The notes under the pieces were generated by a model. It did not search any database. It was not told the DNA's origin and saw nothing but the letters and a program-made list of their open reading frames with translations. Position numbers and translations under genes: made by a program. From Sphingorhabdus sp. (GTDB lineage: Bacteria; Pseudomonadota; Alphaproteobacteria; Sphingomonadales; Sphingomonadaceae), in NCBI RefSeq assembly GCF_044239665.1, contig NZ_JBIIBA010000014.1:1-32000 (forward strand): DNA of 32,000 nucleotides, written 5' to 3'. This document shows, in pieces, positions 7,094 to 15,760 of this stretch (within the stretch, counting starts at the first letter, position 1; every line of letters begins with the position of its first letter).

Positions 7094-7726
7094 TTAGTTC
7101 GAGTTGCGCCTAATGTATCGCTGCTCAGCCCTTGCAAGATGCTGATCGAATGCGATCGAGGCATCGTTAATGTGCTGGAAGCGATCTGCTGCTGATCGTA
7201 GGTCGATCAACGCAGTGTCACGCATCTTGGGTTGATACTGATCGAGATGCGTCAGCTTCGCATTGAAGCCGTTCATCTCACCATCGTGATCTTCGTGAAG
7301 CAGATACCAGGAAGCTCGTTGCTTGCTGAAAACGGGCAGTATCTCGTTCTGCTCAGCTACCGCTGCGCCCGCACCCTCCATACCAGCCCAGAGCGCATTA
7401 AGCAGAACGCAGAACTCTCCCGTGTCACCCAGAGATCGAGCAAGGAAGTGCGAATGTATGTTGTCCCCGTTCCTGCCGCTGTGCGTGTAAACAAAACGCT
7501 GAACTCGATTCTGCCTACCCTTTGACTGCCCGTAACAGATACGATCCAACTTGCTCCAGAAGTGCGACCATTGTCGCTGTGCTTCTTCAATCCCAATTTT
7601 GTGTCCAACAGCGAAGTTCAGTGTCCCATAAACATTCCAATCATACGACGAAGCCCACTTCGCCCAGTTCAGTCTCACTAACGATTTTGCGACCATTCTC
7701 ATTTCCCAGATAAATACAGTGAGCAA
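7094..7726 (-). CDS. Hypothetical protein with HUH-type rolling-circle Rep-like motif order (about 200-210 aa; start uncertain between 7726, 7702 and 7696)
   Basis: The motif order is YGTLNF (motif I-like), about 55 aa, NIHSHFLA (HxH, motif II-like), about 50 aa, then SWYLLHEDH (a possible Tyr motif). It is divergent from gene A2 across a palindromic region. Confidence 0.4.
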   Translation of the reverse strand: MLTVFIWEMRMVAKSLVRLNWAKWASSYDWNVYGTLNFAVGHKIGIEEAQRQWSHFWSKLDRICYGQSKGRQNRVQRFVYTHSGRNGDNIHSHFLARSLGDTGEFCVLLNALWAGMEGAGAAVAEQNEILPVFSKQRASWYLLHEDHDGEMNGFNAKLTHLDQYQPKMRDTALIDLRSAADRFQHINDASIAFDQHLARAEQRYIRRNSN

Positions 7727-7753
7727 GTCACTTGCTACTGATGTGTATTTATC
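7709..7753. promoter_or_regulatory. Inverted repeat GATAAATACA-N25-TGTATTTATC with a nested near-perfect palindrome, lying between the divergent Rep-like and A2 genes
   Basis: Arms lie at 7709-7718 and 7744-7753. The inner sequence cagtgagcaagt c acttgctactg has one mismatch. Confidence 0.45.
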
Positions 7754-7770
7754 ACTGGGAGATCGAAACG

Positions 7771-8076
7771 ATGAGAAAAGATATTATTTATGAAGTGCTT
7801 GGGTTTCTAAAAGACAAAGGAATTGCTGCGACTGAAAGCGAGTTCAGCGAACATTGGTTAGGTTGTTCGGAAGGGTATTTGCGTAAGCTGCGTCATCAAA
7901 AAACAGAACCAAGTCTGGGCACGATAGCAATTTGTGCCAGTCGATTAATGTGCGCCGCTGAGCAGTTGAAAACATTGCCGCGTTATCAGCCATTAGCAAA
8001 ACAGCTTACATCTATGAGTATCAGATGTCGTTCGTTGGTTGATGCTGACAGTGTTGAGTTCGATCTGGCTGGGTGA
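7771..8076 (+). CDS. Island backbone protein A2 (101 aa), paralog of A1, putative XRE/Cro-like HTH regulator
   Basis: ATG at 7771 follows gggaga. It shares 82% aa identity with A1, and the C-terminal 60 aa are nearly identical. Confidence 0.55.
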   Translation: MRKDIIYEVLGFLKDKGIAATESEFSEHWLGCSEGYLRKLRHQKTEPSLGTIAICASRLMCAAEQLKTLPRYQPLAKQLTSMSIRCRSLVDADSVEFDLAG

Positions 8077-8126
8077 GTTTTCTGTTTTAGGAAAGCGGAA
8101 CAGAAAGCTGAAATGACAAATGGTGC

Positions 8127-8174
8127 GCTGTCGGTTTTCCCGACAACGCATTGATTGTCGGGAAAACCGACAGC
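8127..8174. repeat. Perfect 20-bp stem / 8-nt loop hairpin in the empty A-D slot
   Basis: gctgtcggttttcccgacaa (8127-8146), loop cgcattga, then ttgtcgggaaaaccgacagc (8155-8174). A weaker 7-bp hairpin lies at 8080-8105. Confidence 0.9.
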
Positions 8175-8207
8175 TTACTTTAAACTTTAAAGCTTGAGTT
8201 TTTGCGA

Positions 8208-8900
8208 GGCTACATTTCGGTAGGAATATCAAAATGAAGGATTCACATTGAGTTCTCGAAAAAGGAGAATGCAATGTCGCTAATATCATCGCTGAAGCTG
8301 ATCGAGTTTCGACCAGAAACAGCACAAGGGCGCATCTTCGTGCGTCGTCGTAAACTGGCAGATAAGATCGATCAGCAGATCAAGCTTGCTACAGACCCAG
8401 CGTATGCACCAAGCAAGTTTGTTACTGTCACTGACGAAAGCGGCAATCAGCATCGTCGTGAGGTAGCGAAACGCATCAAGCGTTGGTGGGTCGTGAACGC
8501 TGACGATACAGTGCAACTAACAGTGCGTTATGGCAGCAAACCAATCGAGCTTGCGAAGGGCAAGAACGCTATTCAATGCACTAATGCGTCAGAGGTCAGC
8601 ACGGTTCTTTCAACGGTCAAGGAAGCTGTTTTGAACGGCGAACTTGATACTGCTTTGAGCAGTGTCACTGGCGTTGGTTCGAAAGCGAAATAATCACGAG
8701 AAAGGCACTGGAAAGAGACGGTTTGCGCAAGTATGATGTTTACACATTGTGCATCTACGACACGAGATTTCAATTACATACATAAGTAATTGATTTATTG
8801 GAATAAATCTTAAATCGCATTAGTTACACAAAACTAAAAATTGGAGTTAACTAATTGATTTATATATATTTCATAGCAGTGAATCGTTGAGTGGGAGTAG
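8208..8900. repeat. Direct repeat copy 2 (693 bp; partner at 2277-2969). Its right end coincides with the island/chromosome boundary
   Basis: Same alignment as copy 1. The sequence after 8900 (gcgttcacccgcaatgacc...) is GC-rich chromosome. Confidence 0.9.
8274..8693 (+). CDS. Island backbone protein D2 (139 aa), paralog of D1
   Basis: 97% aa identity to D1, with the same RBS and context. Confidence 0.7.
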   Translation: MSLISSLKLIEFRPETAQGRIFVRRRKLADKIDQQIKLATDPAYAPSKFVTVTDESGNQHRREVAKRIKRWWVVNADDTVQLTVRYGSKPIELAKGKNAIQCTNASEVSTVLSTVKEAVLNGELDTALSSVTGVGSKAK

Positions 8901-8913
8901 GCGTTCACCCGCA

Positions 8914-9123
8914 ATGACCGCCGCGCTATCGCCTGCGCAGATTAGCGAGATCGTCGAAATGGCGCTGTCGGATCATATCAGCTTCACGCAGATTTCGGCG
9001 CAGCACGGGGTCACGCCTGACGAGATTAAAGTCATCATGCGCACCCAGTTAAAGCCCGGAAGCTATCGCGCATGGCGCAAGCGTGTGCGCGATTTCGGCG
9101 ACCGGCGGGCGCATTATAAATGA
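8914..9123 (+). CDS. DUF2805 (TIGR03643-like) family small protein (69 aa)
   Basis: MTAALSPAQISEIVEMALSDHISFTQI...YRAWRKRV matches my memory of this family. The ORF-track start at 8887 (TTG) lies inside island DNA, so ATG 8914 is preferred. Confidence 0.6.
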   Translation: MTAALSPAQISEIVEMALSDHISFTQISAQHGVTPDEIKVIMRTQLKPGSYRAWRKRVRDFGDRRAHYK

Positions 9124-9151
9124 TATTCATGGCAGATAACGGACCCAGCAT

Positions 9152-9505
9152 ATGACCCTAACTCTCTACGGCATTCCCAATTGCGACACCGTCAAAAAAG
9201 CGCGGAAATATTTGGATGCGCGCGGCGTCAGCTTTGCCTTTCATGATTATAAAAAGGCAGGGGTGACGCAAGAACATCTGGCGCGCTGGGCCAGCCAAGT
9301 CGGCTGGGAAAAGCTGCTGAACAAGGCGGGCACGACGTTTAAGAAGCTGCCCGATGCGGATAAGGCCGACATAGATGCGACCAAGGCGATTGCGTTGATG
9401 GTTGCCAACCCGTCCATGATCAAACGGCCAGTGGTTGAAGGCGGCAAGGCTTTGCTCGTCGGGTTTAAGGAATCCGAATGGGATGCGCTTTTGTCGCAGA
9501 ATTGA
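9152..9505 (+). CDS. ArsC/Spx-family protein (YffB-like)
   Basis: LYGIPNCDTVKKARKYL at the N-terminus and SMIKRPVV near the C-terminus; 117 aa. Confidence 0.8.
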   Translation: MTLTLYGIPNCDTVKKARKYLDARGVSFAFHDYKKAGVTQEHLARWASQVGWEKLLNKAGTTFKKLPDADKADIDATKAIALMVANPSMIKRPVVEGGKALLVGFKESEWDALLSQN

Positions 9506-9530
9506 AATGTCGCGCAGGCATGACAGCAGG

Positions 9531-10598
9531 ATGAAATTCTTACATATCCTCTTGATCGCCACCCTGTCATTGTCGCCCTTCTCCATTTCGGAAAGCCACG
9601 CCATGGAACAACCGCTTGAAGGCAAAGTCATCGTCATCGCCCATCGCGGCGCATCGGGCGAGCGGCCCGAGCATACGTTGGCAAGCTACCGCCTCGCGAT
9701 TGAACAAGGCGCCGATTATATTGAGCCGGACTTGGTGCTCACCAAGGATGGCGTTCTGGTCGCGCGGCATGAGAATGAGATTTCGGAAACCACTAACGTC
9801 GCGGACAAGGCCGAATTTGCCGACCGCAAGATGACCAAGGTCATCGATGGCCAGAAAATGACAGGCTGGTTTACCGAAGACTTCGCCCTCGCCGAATTGA
9901 AGACCCTGCGCGCGAAAGAACGCCTACCGCAATTGCGCAAGGCAAATATGGCCTATGACGGGCAGTTTGAGATACCGACCTTTGACGAGATCCTCGCTTT
10001 GGCCAAAGAGGCAAGCAAGACGACGGGTCGGACGATAGGCGTCTATCCCGAAACCAAGCACCCAAGCTATTTCACCGCGATTGGTCTGCCGCATGAAGCG
10101 CCGTTGCTGGCCGCGCTGACCAAATATGGTCATGTCGACAAAAGCGCGCCGGTGTTCATCCAATCGTTCGAGGTCGAAAATCTGAAAGCCTTGCGGTCCA
10201 AAACGAAATTGCGCCTGATCCAGTTGATGGCGGACACAGGCAGCCCGCCCGACCGCAGCGATTTGACCTATGCCGCAATGGCAACGGCAGAGGGCCTAAA
10301 GGCCGTGGCGAGCTATGCCGATGGCATTGGCCCCAATAAGGCACTCATCATCCCGCGTACTTTGCTGGGCAATCTGGGCGATCCGACGACCCTTGTCGCG
10401 GACGCACATAAACTGGGTCTTGCGGTTCACCCGTGGACGTTTCGCCGCGAAAATTACTTCCTGCCCCTCGCGCAAAAATCCGGCGTTGATCCGCGTGGGA
10501 CAGGTGACTTGAACGCAGAGATAAAAGCCTTCTTGGCTACCGGCGTCGACGGCATTTTCAGCGACAATGTGACCGAAGCGGTGGCGGCGCGCCAATAA
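9531..10598 (+). CDS. glpQ: Periplasmic glycerophosphodiester phosphodiesterase
   Basis: Signal peptide MKFLHILLIATLSLSPFSISESHA. VIAHRGASGERPEHTL...YIEPDLVLTKDGVLVARHENE is the GDPD signature. An alternative start lies at 9507. Confidence 0.8.
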   Translation: MKFLHILLIATLSLSPFSISESHAMEQPLEGKVIVIAHRGASGERPEHTLASYRLAIEQGADYIEPDLVLTKDGVLVARHENEISETTNVADKAEFADRKMTKVIDGQKMTGWFTEDFALAELKTLRAKERLPQLRKANMAYDGQFEIPTFDEILALAKEASKTTGRTIGVYPETKHPSYFTAIGLPHEAPLLAALTKYGHVDKSAPVFIQSFEVENLKALRSKTKLRLIQLMADTGSPPDRSDLTYAAMATAEGLKAVASYADGIGPNKALIIPRTLLGNLGDPTTLVADAHKLGLAVHPWTFRRENYFLPLAQKSGVDPRGTGDLNAEIKAFLATGVDGIFSDNVTEAVAARQ

Positions 10599-10653
10599 GA
10601 CGAAGACTCTATTTGCTTTTGCCCGCGGCGATTAGCGGCTAAGCCCCTGCGCT

Positions 10654-11520
10654 ATGTCTACACATTCAAAAACGCTCACTTTCGATACATCCACCAGTCG
10701 CGCGAACCCGACGCCTTCGCCGATGAAGCGGCTGACCGTGCCGCGCATTCGGCAGCAAAAGGGTAAGGAACCGCTGGTGATGCTGACGGCCTATACCGTC
10801 CGCATGGCGCAGTTGATGGACCCGCATTGCGACATGCTGCTCGTCGGTGATTCGCTGGGGCAAGTGATTTACGGCCTGCCGCACACCGTGGCGGTGACGA
10901 TGGAAATGATGGCGGCGCATGGCGCGGCGGTGGTGCGCGGCAGCTATCACGCCGCCGTCATCGTCGATATGCCCTTTGGCTCCTATGAAGCATCGCCCGA
11001 ACAAGCATTTGTCAACGCATCGCGACTGTTGAAAGAGACCGGCGCGGCGGCGGTGAAGCTGGAAGGCGGCAAGGTGCTCGCGCCCACGGTGGAGTTCCTG
11101 ACCTCACGCGGCATTCCGGTGATGGCGCATGTCGGATTAACGCCGCAGGCGGTGAACATTCTGGGCGGCTATGGCGTGCGCGGCAAAAGCCCAGAAGAAG
11201 CCAAGTCGATCGTCGATGATGCGATGTCCATGTCCGACGCCGGGGCATTTGCCATGGTGATTGAAGGCGTACTTGAACATATCGCCATTGAAATTACGCA
11301 AAAAGTTGCCTGCCCAACCATTGGCATTGGCGCGTCGGCGCAATGCGACGGGCAAGTGTTGGTTGCCGAAGACATGCTGGGCTTGTTCGACCGCGTTCCC
11401 AAATTCGTCAAGAAATTCGGTGATATGGGTGTCGGCGTTGAGGACGCTGTGCGCGCTTATGCCGCTGGCGTGCGTGACCGCAGCTTCCCCGGACCCGACC
11501 AGCTATATCAGCCTGTATAA
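10654..11520 (+). CDS. panB: 3-methyl-2-oxobutanoate hydroxymethyltransferase
   Basis: LVMLTAYT...MLLVGDSLG...VDMPFGSY...AVKLEGG are canonical PanB motifs. Confidence 0.9.
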   Translation: MSTHSKTLTFDTSTSRANPTPSPMKRLTVPRIRQQKGKEPLVMLTAYTVRMAQLMDPHCDMLLVGDSLGQVIYGLPHTVAVTMEMMAAHGAAVVRGSYHAAVIVDMPFGSYEASPEQAFVNASRLLKETGAAAVKLEGGKVLAPTVEFLTSRGIPVMAHVGLTPQAVNILGGYGVRGKSPEEAKSIVDDAMSMSDAGAFAMVIEGVLEHIAIEITQKVACPTIGIGASAQCDGQVLVAEDMLGLFDRVPKFVKKFGDMGVGVEDAVRAYAAGVRDRSFPGPDQLYQPV

Positions 11521-11597
11521 AGCAGGCTGGCCTATCGGGCCAAGTCGGGCTAAGGACCGTGTTGACCAATTTTGACTAAACAAATTCGGAGGCCCTT

Positions 11598-12362
11598 TTG
11601 GCTTTGACACCGACTGAAAAGCCCGCGGATAAAGACCGGAGCGGTAGCGACGAGGCATTTTTGCGTGAGGTCGATGATGCCGTCCGCGCGAGTGACCTGA
11701 GCAGTTTTTGGACGCGTTATGGCCGCTGGCTTTTGGCGGCTGTGGTGGCCGGACTTTTGGCCTTTGCTGGCTGGATCATCTATCACAATCAAATGCAGGC
11801 CGCAGCAGATTTGCAAAGCGAAGAATTTGTCGACGCAATGGACAAGTTGCGCGCTGGGCAAGAAAAAGAGGCGCGCGCCAAATTGGCAGTGCTCGCCAAG
11901 GCCGATCAACCCGGATATCGCGCCATGGCGCAATTGGTGGAGGCAAATCTGCTCGGTGAAGATGGTGAGACCAAGAAGGCGATTGCTATCTATGCCAAGG
12001 TTGCAGGCGACGACAGCCTGCCACAGACATTCCGCGATCTGGCCCTGATCCGCCAAGTGAGCGCCGAGTTTGACGCCATCGCGCCGCAGCAAGTGATTGA
12101 CCGATTGAAACCACTGGCGACCGCTGGCCACCCTTATTTCGGCAGCGCGGGCGAATTAACCGCCTTAGCCTATATGAAAATGGGTAAGGACAATTTGGCT
12201 GGCCCTATTTTTGCGCAGATCGCGAAACAAGAGGACGCGCCGCAGACCTTGCGCAGCCGTGCCCAGCAAATGGCAGGTGCGCTTGGTATCGATACCGTTC
12301 AGCTTGACGTAACCCGCAATGCGGCAGCGAAGGCTGGCGATAGCGCCGCCAAAGGAGAGTGA
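11598..12362 (+). CDS. Membrane-anchored TPR-like protein (YfgM-like)
   Basis: TTG start, a single TM segment (WLLAAVVAGLLAFAGWIIY) and a helical repeat body. It sits in the conserved position upstream of bamB-der. Confidence 0.6.
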   Translation: MALTPTEKPADKDRSGSDEAFLREVDDAVRASDLSSFWTRYGRWLLAAVVAGLLAFAGWIIYHNQMQAAADLQSEEFVDAMDKLRAGQEKEARAKLAVLAKADQPGYRAMAQLVEANLLGEDGETKKAIAIYAKVAGDDSLPQTFRDLALIRQVSAEFDAIAPQQVIDRLKPLATAGHPYFGSAGELTALAYMKMGKDNLAGPIFAQIAKQEDAPQTLRSRAQQMAGALGIDTVQLDVTRNAAAKAGDSAAKGE

Positions 12363-13708
12363 CTTTGAAGACCATATCCAAATTGCTTCTGGCACTCGCC
12401 GTGACAACGTCGCTTGGTGGCTGCGCCGTCATTGACGGGGTGCGCGGTGATTCCGGTAAGAAGAATAACACGCCGACCGTCGGCGCACGCGTCAGCATTT
12501 TGGGCACAGAGCGTGATACCGAGGTCGATGCGTCCTTGGCCGATGTCGCCGTCACCCTGCCGCCAGCATTGGCGAATGAAGCATGGGCACAGCCCGGCGG
12601 CAATGCCGCGAAATCGCCCGGTCATGCGGCGCTTGGTCAAAATCTGAAACGCATTTGGACCGCAGATGTGACCGGTGCCAACCCACGTGCACGCTTGGCC
12701 GCGAGCCCAGTGATGAGCGATGGCCGCGTCTATGTCGTCGACACCACCGCGCGCGTTACGGCATTTGATGCGAACACCGGCGCACAAATCTGGACAAACG
12801 CGCTTGAGGTTGACAGCGACGGCAAGCCTTCGCGTTATGGCGGCGGCGTCAGCGCAACCAGCAGCAATGTTTTTGCGACCAATGGCGTCGGCGATGTCGC
12901 CGCGCTTGTGGCGGAAACTGGCGCGCTTGTGTGGAAAAAGCGTCCAGCCGGACCCTTGCGTGGTGCGCCGACATTGTCCAACGGTAACCTATATGTGATG
13001 ACGCAGGACAACCAGATTTACGCGCTGCGCCAAAGCGATGGTGAGCCCCAATGGAAAGAGGCCGGGCCAGTTGCGGCATCGGGCATATTTGGCGTTGGCG
13101 CCCCTGCTGCGGCACAAGGCACCGTCATCGCTGGCTATTCCAGTGGTGAGCTTGCCGCCTATCGGTATGAAAATGGCCGCAGCCTGTGGAACGACACCTT
13201 GTCGCGTACCGCAATGTCGACATCGGTTTCGACGCTGACCGATATTGATGCCGACCCTGTCATCGACCGTGGCCGCGTCTTCGCTTTGGGTAAAGGCGGA
13301 CGCATGGCGTCCTATGAACTGGTCACTGGCCAGCGCATTTGGGAAATCAACATTGCGGGTATTTCGACACCCGTGACGGCAGGTGAATGGGTGTTCGTCA
13401 TGACCGACGAAGCCCGTTTATTGAGCGTTGCCCGTTCCAGCGGGAAAATCCGTTGGATTTCGAAGCTGCAGCGTTACGACAATGCAAAGAAGAAAAAGGG
13501 CCCGATTAGCTGGTATGGCCCTATTCTTGCCGGCGGTCGCTTGATCATTGCCAATTCGCGCGGTTCCATCTGGGCGGTTGCGCCAGAAGATGGCACAGCC
13601 ACTGAAGTTGCCGACGTAAAATCTGATGTGTCGCTTGCGCCGATTGTCGCGAACAACATCTTATATATTCTGGATGATTCCGGCCGCATTTCCGCGTTCC
13701 GCGGCTAG
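12359..13708 (+). CDS. bamB: Outer membrane protein assembly factor BamB (PQQ-like beta-propeller lipoprotein)
   Basis: Lipobox LGGC, repeated beta-propeller-like blades, and synteny with der. Confidence 0.8.
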   Translation: MTLKTISKLLLALAVTTSLGGCAVIDGVRGDSGKKNNTPTVGARVSILGTERDTEVDASLADVAVTLPPALANEAWAQPGGNAAKSPGHAALGQNLKRIWTADVTGANPRARLAASPVMSDGRVYVVDTTARVTAFDANTGAQIWTNALEVDSDGKPSRYGGGVSATSSNVFATNGVGDVAALVAETGALVWKKRPAGPLRGAPTLSNGNLYVMTQDNQIYALRQSDGEPQWKEAGPVAASGIFGVGAPAAAQGTVIAGYSSGELAAYRYENGRSLWNDTLSRTAMSTSVSTLTDIDADPVIDRGRVFALGKGGRMASYELVTGQRIWEINIAGISTPVTAGEWVFVMTDEARLLSVARSSGKIRWISKLQRYDNAKKKKGPISWYGPILAGGRLIIANSRGSIWAVAPEDGTATEVADVKSDVSLAPIVANNILYILDDSGRISAFRG

Positions 13709-13731
13709 GCCATAAAAGGAGAAGTAGCGGC

Positions 13732-15135
13732 ATGTTGCCGACGGTAGCCATTATCGGTCGGCCCAATGTCGGCAAGTCCACTTTGTTCAACCGGCTGGTT
13801 GGCAAGAAACTCGCGCTTGTCGACGACACGCCGGGCGTCACCCGTGACCGGCGTGAAGGCGAAGGCCGCTTGTTCGACTTGGAATTCACCATTGTCGACA
13901 CGGCGGGTTATGAGGATGAAGATCCCGACACCCTGCCCGGCAGAATGCGGATGCAAACAGAAGCCGCGATTGCCGGCGCACAAGTCGCCCTGTTCCTGAT
14001 CGATGGCCGCGTGGGCGTGACCCCGCTTGACGAAGAAATCGCCCGCTGGCTGCGCAGCAGTGCAACGCCGGTCGTACTCGCGGTCAATAAGGCCGAGGGC
14101 AAGCAAGGCGATAATGGCATCTTAGAAAGCTACGCACTTGGCTTTGGCGACCCCATCGCCATTAGCGGCGAGCATGGCGAAGGCATGGCCGACCTGTTTC
14201 AATCCTTGCTGCCACATATTGACGGGGGTGCATTTGAAGTCCCTGATCCCGAGGCACCCGACGCGATATTGAAGCTGGCGATTGTCGGGCGGCCCAATGC
14301 CGGTAAGTCGACGTTGATCAACAAATTATTAGGCGAGAACCGCCTGATTACGGGCCCCGAAGCCGGAATTACCCGCGACAGTATTTCGGTCGACTGGATC
14401 TGGACAGACCCAAATCCCAAAGAAGGCGAGCCTGATGAAGAAGGCAATATTCCGCCATTGCTGACCGAACGCCGCGTGCGCTTGATTGACACCGCTGGCA
14501 TGCGCAAGCGCGCCAAGGTGCAGGATAAGCTGGAAAAGCTATCTGTGGCCGATGCGCGCCATGCTATCGATTTTGCCGAAGTGGTTGTGTTGTTGCTGGA
14601 TGCGACCAAGGGCTTGGAGGTGCAGGATCTGAAAATTGCAGACCATGTGATTCAAGAGGGCCGCGCGCTGATCATCGCGATCAACAAATGGGATGTGGCG
14701 GTTGATGGCAGCGGCCTGTTCAAGGGCATTCGCGCTGCGCTCGAAGAAGGCCTGTCGCAGTTAAAGGGCGTTCCGATGATCGCGGTGTCGGCATTGACCG
14801 GCAAGGGGCTAGACCAAATGATTTCCGCTGCGTTCGATGCGCGCGAAGCGTGGAACAAGCGCGTGCCAACGGGCATTCTCAACCGCTGGTTTGAAGCCGC
14901 GATTTCGGCAAACCCGCCACCTGCCCCTGGGGGCAAGCGAATAAAGCTGCGGTACATGACCCAAGCGCGGAACCGTCCGCCGACCTTTGTCATCTTTGGC
15001 AACCGAACAGACGAGTTGCCCGCCAGCTATGCGCGCTATTTGCTCAACGGTATCCGCCGCGATCTGGATTTTGGAGCCGTGCCTGTGCGTATTAACTTCC
15101 GTTCGTCGAAGAACCCGTTCGCCGACAATAGTTAG
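13732..15135 (+). CDS. der: Ribosome biogenesis GTPase Der (EngA)
   Basis: Two tandem G domains (GRPNVGKSTLFN and GRPNAGKSTLIN, with DTAG twice and NKxD twice). Confidence 0.95.
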   Translation: MLPTVAIIGRPNVGKSTLFNRLVGKKLALVDDTPGVTRDRREGEGRLFDLEFTIVDTAGYEDEDPDTLPGRMRMQTEAAIAGAQVALFLIDGRVGVTPLDEEIARWLRSSATPVVLAVNKAEGKQGDNGILESYALGFGDPIAISGEHGEGMADLFQSLLPHIDGGAFEVPDPEAPDAILKLAIVGRPNAGKSTLINKLLGENRLITGPEAGITRDSISVDWIWTDPNPKEGEPDEEGNIPPLLTERRVRLIDTAGMRKRAKVQDKLEKLSVADARHAIDFAEVVVLLLDATKGLEVQDLKIADHVIQEGRALIIAINKWDVAVDGSGLFKGIRAALEEGLSQLKGVPMIAVSALTGKGLDQMISAAFDAREAWNKRVPTGILNRWFEAAISANPPPAPGGKRIKLRYMTQARNRPPTFVIFGNRTDELPASYARYLLNGIRRDLDFGAVPVRINFRSSKNPFADNS

Positions 15136-15179
15136 GGATTGCGGCTAAGGATGGCGGCTAAGGATTGCCCAGCGCAATA

Positions 15180-15665
15180 TCAGTCCTCAATGGGTTTTGA
15201 CTGCAGCTGGATGTAATTTTCTATCCCCATGCGCGCAATCAAGTCGAACTGTTTTTCCAGCATATCGACATGCTCTTCTTCGCTTTCCAATATGGATGCG
15301 AATAGGTCGCGGCTGACATAATCGCGGACGCTTTCGCTATGCGCAATTGCATCCTTCAGCAGCGGCAGCGCTTCATATTCGAGCTCAAGATCGGCTTTCA
15401 GGATTTCCTCAACTGTCTCGCCAATACGCAGACGACCAAGCAATTGGAAATTGGGTAGGCCATCCAGAAACAAGATACGCTCCGACAATTTGTCGGCATG
15501 CTTCATCTCGTCAATCGATTCATGCCGTTCAAAATGTGCCAAGCGCGACACGCCCCAATTGTCCAGCATGCGATAATGCAGCCAATATTGATTGACCGCA
15601 GTCAGTTCATTTTTGAGCGCCTCGTTCAAAAATTCGATGACTTTTGCATCACCCTTCATCGCCAT
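15180..15665 (-). CDS. bfr: Bacterioferritin
   Basis: [31 protein letters not shown] is the canonical Bfr N-terminus; 161 aa. Confidence 0.95.
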   Translation of the reverse strand: MAMKGDAKVIEFLNEALKNELTAVNQYWLHYRMLDNWGVSRLAHFERHESIDEMKHADKLSERILFLDGLPNFQLLGRLRIGETVEEILKADLELEYEALPLLKDAIAHSESVRDYVSRDLFASILESEEEHVDMLEKQFDLIARMGIENYIQLQSKPIED

Positions 15666-15760
15666 GTCCTTTAGGTTAGTTGCGCATATACTAGCGCGTT
15701 AATGCATGACCGTGAAGGCGAAAAAATGGCGGAAAAGCTGATTTTTTCAACCCGCTATTG

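Larger units (their letters stand above)
2970..8900. mobile_element. Integrative element 2 (about 5.9 kb): int, cargo, small recombinase, Rep-like gene, A2, D2, arm
   Basis: Bounded on the left by the end of repeat copy 1 plus the adjacent integrase. Bounded on the right by the end of repeat copy 2 at the GC break. Confidence 0.5.

Noticed and set aside
9435-9530. N-terminal extension of the glpQ ORF overlapping the arsC-family gene
   Set aside because: The extension overlaps the preceding gene and precedes a clear signal peptide that begins at Met 9531 (or 9507), so the shorter start is preferred.
15141-15168. Tandem 12-bp duplication gcggctaaggat x2 between the convergent der and bfr genes
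   Set aside because: It has only two copies in a 44-bp spacer, with no further structure, so it is probably a trivial slippage duplication.
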